This document shows, in pieces, positions 60,224-64,000 of a stretch of DNA of 64,000 nucleotides (within the stretch, counting starts at the first letter, position 1; every line of letters begins with the position of its first letter). The translations under genes were made by a program, and so were the position numbers. The notes under the pieces are model-generated. The model was not told the DNA's origin, made no database searches, and worked only from the letters and a program-made list of their open reading frames with translations. The stretch comes from an uncultured Bacteroidales bacterium (lineage in GTDB: Bacteria > Bacteroidota > Bacteroidia > Bacteroidales > SZUA-534): the NCBI GenBank assembly GCA_902790595.1, contig CADASL010000009.1:25229-89228 (forward strand), read 5' to 3'.

Positions 60224-63200
60224 ATGCGCAGAATAATACCCATATTACTGTTAAGTGTCTGTTGCTCAAATCTTTTTGCACAGGATAAACACTCTTTGCC
60301 GATGCCTGGAAATGGCAAGGTGGCGACGGGTTTGACCGTCGGCGAGAGTGGCGAGAAGCGCATCCGGATGTCGGCAAACATTGGTGCCATCGGCCTGAGC
60401 GATTCCAAGACCGCTAAAGGCGATTTCTGCGAGTTGCAAATCGATGGCGCCTATATGACTGGTGCTGAGGGCGAACCGCAATTGCCGGCTTTGCGCAAAC
60501 TGGTGCAGATTCCGCGCGGTGCGGAGTTCACGGTGAGCATAACTCACGCTGACACAATGTTTTACTCGTTGGCCGATTACAATGTCAACGCTAAAATAGC
60601 GCCAAGGCAATCGTCGCAGAGCAAGAGCGGCGGCGAGCAGAAATTCAAGTACAAAAAACGCTCGTACCGGCGCAACTATTTCACTGAACAAAAGCTTGTT
60701 ACGGTTACAAATGTGGGCACAATGCGCGGTATCGACATTTGCCAGGTTGCGGTGAATCCGGTGCGCTACAATCCCAAAACAAACACCGTGATGGTGCTCA
60801 ACAACATCGATTTTGAGATTGATTTTGAAGGCGGCGTCGCAAAATCGGCCAAAAACGAGGCCTCGCCTTACTTTGAGGACGTTTATTCGGCTTTGGGCAA
60901 CTACAAAAGCGGCGGGTCAGACCTGACCAAATATCCGGTTAAATATTTGATTGTCACCGATACAGCCTTTGTTGGCGCATTGGCCGAGTTCATCAGTTGG
61001 AAACGGCAGAAAGGTTTTGAGGTGATTGTTGCCACCACCGACACGCTCGGCAGCACCGCCACTGACATAAAAAACTGGGTTGCAGCGCAATACGCATCGG
61101 CTACGGCTGACAGTCCCGCGCCGTCGTTCCTGCTTTTGGCCGCCGACACCGACAAAATTCCGACAGCTAAGAAAGGTGAGTCAACAGGTTATGGCACAGA
61201 CCTTTACTACGCTTGTATGGACGGCGACGACGACATAATTCCTGACCTCTACTACGGACGTTTTTCGGCCCGCACCGCCGCACAAATGAAGGCCATTGCC
61301 GACAAGACCATCATCTACGAGAAATATCAGTTCGACGACCCGAGCTATCTTGCAAAAGCCACACTCATAGCAGGAGAAGACAGCAGATACAATTCTGAAG
61401 TTGGCATTCCTACGGTGAACTACATTACAAAAAACCGTATTAATGCGAAAAATGGGTACAACACTATCAACAAGTTCACCACAAAATACACTAACTGTTA
61501 TGCCGACACAACCGTTTCGGTGGGCCTGATGACCTACACCGCTCACGGCGAAACCACCAGCTGGGTTGACCCCGAGCTGACGCAAAGCCGCGTGCGCGAG
61601 TTCGCCAACGACGGCAAATTCCCGTTTGTGGTGGCCAACTGCTGCCTCTCGGGGCAGATAACCAAGGATGAGTGTCTTGGCGAGACGTGGCTCCGCAAGG
61701 CCAACAGTGGCGCGGTGGCTTACATCGGCTCGTCCCCGAAAACCTACTGGCACGAGGATTTTTACTGGGCTGTGGGCGCGCACCAGTACCAGAGCGGCGT
61801 CAGTCCCGACACGAGCGCAACCACATTGGGAGCCTTCGACGCGCCGTTTATGTCGAAGTTTGTGTGCGGCGACGCGATGCTGTTTGCCGGCAATCTGGCA
61901 GTGACCGAGGCGCACGACAACAACTACAAGAAAAACGTTTCGTCGCAATACTACTGGGAGGGCTACAACTACCTTGGCGACCCGTCGCTGCTGGTTTATT
62001 TCGGCGAAGGCCGCGACAATCACGTCAGCCACGACATTTATATTCCGCTTGGCGCGAATTCGTTGAAAGTGGAGGCGGAGAGTGGCTCTTATATTGCTGT
62101 TACGCAGGGCGATACGCTGCTTGGCGCGGCTCTTGTCCCTGACGGAGAAACAGAAGTGACTTTGAGCCTTAAAAAACTGAGTCATAGTCAGATAACCATT
62201 GTGGTGACAAAGTCGCGGTGCAAACCCTACATTGGCACCATAACGGCCATCACGCCCGACGAGCCTTACATAACGCTCGACAACGTGCTGCCCGATGGCC
62301 CGATGACGGCCGGAAGCACGCGCAATTTGAGTTTCGTGCTGAACAACATCGGCACTCAAACGCTGAATAATCCAACGTTAACTATCAGCAGTTCAAGTCA
62401 ATATGTTACCAAACTGATTAAAAACGATGTCGGCGTCGGTTCTCTCGGTTATCTCCAGAGCGATACTTTGCCCGGCATCTGCACAATTGAGCTGAGCAGC
62501 AACGCGCCCGACCAAGCTGAGGTGGTTGTTGATGTTACGGTTGAAGGTAACGGTCACGTTTTCAGGCGCCAACATAAATTCAGAGTGGCTGCGCCGAAGC
62601 TGAAACTCAATCCTGAGGTCGTTATCAGTGGCGAAAAAAAATTTATGCCGGGCGATAGTGCCGAGATTGTTGTAACGCTCACCAATAACGGCCACGCAAC
62701 TCTTGGGCCGTCGGTTGTGCGGCTGATACCCGACGATGGCCAGCCGATGGTGACGGTTCTTGATGGCGAGCAGATTGTTGACAGTCTAACAGATGGAACA
62801 TCAGTCGATTGCAGGTTTCGTATCGCGGCAAGCGAGTATGCCGATATGATGTCGGAGTTCAGTTTCACCGTTGTGGCAGAGGCGCAAAACGCACCCGTTG
62901 CCGACAGTTGCGACTACGCAATCACCATTGGAAGCCTGTACGACAAGGTTTTAGGCACATCGACATCGCACACCGAGTGGTATCCGTTCAACAATTATTA
63001 TAAGTGCGGCAAGACGCAGATTCTTTACACTGCCGCCGATTTGGGCAATGCGCCTTCGAAAATCTACGAAATGGCGTTGCAGGTGGCTTATACCATTGAC
63101 CCTAAGAAGTTTGAGGGCTACACCAATTTCAAGCTGAAAATGATGCATACGTCGATTTCCAAAGTCTCGGGTTCGGCGTTTACCGATATGAAAGACGCGC

Positions 63201-64000
63201 AAACTGTTATGTCGCGCAATGCGTTGATTATCAACGGCAATGGAGAGCTGAATCTCAGTTTCGACACACCGTTTGTTTACGATGGCAAGAGCAATGTGAT
63301 TGTCGAATTCACGTGGGGCACAAATAAAAACTATGTCGAAAAGGATGAGCGAACTAAGCTATATTGTATGACAACTTCTTCAGAAACAGTTGTTTATGAT
63401 TTTGAGGACGATATGGATGACATTGCCCCATACAAGGCGACAAAATTCCGTCCGAACACCACGTTCCGCTATCAGAAACCAAAGTTTTTGCGTTTCGATG
63501 TGAAAGATTTGCAGGGCGTTTCTCTTTCCGATATTGAAATTTCTGTTGAAAATCAAATGATTAAAACCGATGCCTCTGGCATTGCCGATTTCTGGATATT
63601 CTCGAACACAAGCAGTCGCGAGTATGTGGTTAATCCGGCTGATTATAGTGTTGAAAATGAGCAGATTAAAATTTCTGGCGACACCATTTCAGTTAGCTTG
63701 CAGATGCGAAAGCTGAATGTTTACACGCTGGTTTTGCACGTGGTTGATTCGGCGTCGTGCGAGAATCTGCCGAATGCGCTTGTAACCTTTGGCGGCAAGA
63801 CAGTTATGAGCGATGGCTCGGGAAATGCAACGTTCGTCTATGTGACTAACAATCAGCATTATTACACCGTTGATGCCGATGGCTATTTGGCTGCTATTGG
63901 GCGGATTGACATCGGCTCCGATACCCTGATTTCGATTGGAATGACTAAACGGCCGGTTGTTACGTTCTGTTTTCACAATGGATTGAAACCACAGCCGGGT
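60224..64000 (+). CDS. Peptidase C25 (gingipain-like cysteine protease) multidomain protein, 3' end outside window
   Basis: It is absent from the ORF track because it has no stop in the window. The frame is open for 1259 codons from ATG 60224 to nt 64000. Signal peptide MRRIIPILLLSVCCSNLFA. The catalytic His/Cys contexts 'YTAHGETTSW' and 'VVANCCLSGQ' were checked in frame. Ig-like/adhesin-like modules follow. Confidence 0.85.
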   Translation, partial: MRRIIPILLLSVCCSNLFAQDKHSLPMPGNGKVATGLTVGESGEKRIRMSANIGAIGLSDSKTAKGDFCELQIDGAYMTGAEGEPQLPALRKLVQIPRGAEFTVSITHADTMFYSLADYNVNAKIAPRQSSQSKSGGEQKFKYKKRSYRRNYFTEQKLVTVTNVGTMRGIDICQVAVNPVRYNPKTNTVMVLNNIDFEIDFEGGVAKSAKNEASPYFEDVYSALGNYKSGGSDLTKYPVKYLIVTDTAFVGALAEFISWKRQKGFEVIVATTDTLGSTATDIKNWVAAQYASATADSPAPSFLLLAADTDKIPTAKKGESTGYGTDLYYACMDGDDDIIPDLYYGRFSARTAAQMKAIADKTIIYEKYQFDDPSYLAKATLIAGEDSRYNSEVGIPTVNYITKNRINAKNGYNTINKFTTKYTNCYADTTVSVGLMTYTAHGETTSWVDPELTQSRVREFANDGKFPFVVANCCLSGQITKDECLGETWLRKANSGAVAYIGSSPKTYWHEDFYWAVGAHQYQSGVSPDTSATTLGAFDAPFMSKFVCGDAMLFAGNLAVTEAHDNNYKKNVSSQYYWEGYNYLGDPSLLVYFGEGRDNHVSHDIYIPLGANSLKVEAESGSYIAVTQGDTLLGAALVPDGETEVTLSLKKLSHSQITIVVTKSRCKPYIGTITAITPDEPYITLDNVLPDGPMTAGSTRNLSFVLNNIGTQTLNNPTLTISSSSQYVTKLIKNDVGVGSLGYLQSDTLPGICTIELSSNAPDQAEVVVDVTVEGNGHVFRRQHKFRVAAPKLKLNPEVVISGEKKFMPGDSAEIVVTLTNNGHATLGPSVVRLIPDDGQPMVTVLDGEQIVDSLTDGTSVDCRFRIAASEYADMMSEFSFTVVAEAQNAPVADSCDYAITIGSLYDKVLGTSTSHTEWYPFNNYYKCGKTQILYTAADLGNAPSKIYEMALQVAYTIDPKKFEGYTNFKLKMMHTSISKVSGSAFTDMKDAQTVMSRNALIINGNGELNLSFDTPFVYDGKSNVIVEFTWGTNKNYVEKDERTKLYCMTTSSETVVYDFEDDMDDIAPYKATKFRPNTTFRYQKPKFLRFDVKDLQGVSLSDIEISVENQMIKTDASGIADFWIFSNTSSREYVVNPADYSVENEQIKISGDTISVSLQMRKLNVYTLVLHVVDSASCENLPNALVTFGGKTVMSDGSGNATFVYVTNNQHYYTVDADGYLAAIGRIDIGSDTLISIGMTKRPVVTFCFHNGLKPQPG

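Noticed and set aside
61181-62359. A 392-aa minus-strand ORF and smaller neighbours in the last 4 kb.
   Set aside because: They are shadows of the open-ended plus-strand C25 peptidase gene (60224..64000), whose catalytic motifs I verified in frame.
1-64000. Searched by eye for integrase, transposase, phage, conjugation and cas genes, tRNA and rRNA genes, and riboswitch-like leaders.
   Set aside because: None was recognised. The inserted AT-rich genes (14326, 27131, 52306, and the MNT/HEPN pair) have no adjacent recombinase, so no mobile_element feature is called.

Overview
This looks like a 64-kb chromosomal window from a Bacteroidota (Bacteroidales-like) genome. The evidence for that is TAnnTTTG-type -7 promoter boxes, no Shine-Dalgarno sequences, a FeoA-FeoB fusion, a complete Bat aerotolerance operon, a T9SS C-terminal sorting tail and a gingipain-type C25 peptidase. 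Gene content, left to right:
- The 3' end of a GH3 beta-glucosidase and small housekeeping genes.
- A DUF1987(SiaC-like)-CNNM/CBS operon and two esterases.
- feoAB plus an untracked Cys-rich mini-ORF.
- moxR-DUF58-orf-batA-[AT-rich insert]-batB-batC-batD-batE.
- Two tandem TPR-TM-SpoIIE(PP2C) phosphatases, then RNase P RNA (minus strand; track ORFs there are spurious).
- An NrdG-like radical-SAM activase, then leuC-[GxxExxY cassette]-leuD and a cimA/leuA-like synthase.
- A BspA-type LRR/T9SS protein, an MNT/HEPN toxin-antitoxin pair and a methyltransferase.
- A long aromatic amino-acid operon (pheA-GNAT-tyrA-DAHP synthase/chorismate mutase-aroB-aroD-aroA-thioesterase-aroC), preceded by a Tyr/Phe-rich leader peptide and terminator/antiterminator.
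- Outer-membrane and lipoprotein genes, and an SSF symporter with its small accessory ORF.
- A sigma-factor-less partner-switching locus: a STAS-kinase fusion, a Cache-PP2C-RsbW-like fusion, an Abi_2 island, an SLC13 permease and a STAS protein.
- A 946-aa HExxH/propeller protein, a purine nucleoside phosphorylase and an MBL hydrolase.
- A C25 peptidase that runs off the 3' end and is absent from the ORF track.

I found no rRNA, tRNA, CRISPR array, integrase or transposase. Four items seem most worth a second look:
1. Short-period (mostly 7-nt) degenerate tandem arrays that fill nearly all intra-operon spacers.
2. The partner-switching network with non-canonical outputs.
3. The aromatic leader-peptide attenuator.
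4. Small AT-rich genes or cassettes flanked by direct or inverted repeats inside conserved operons.

All protein family calls come from motif recognition by eye. No database search was run.
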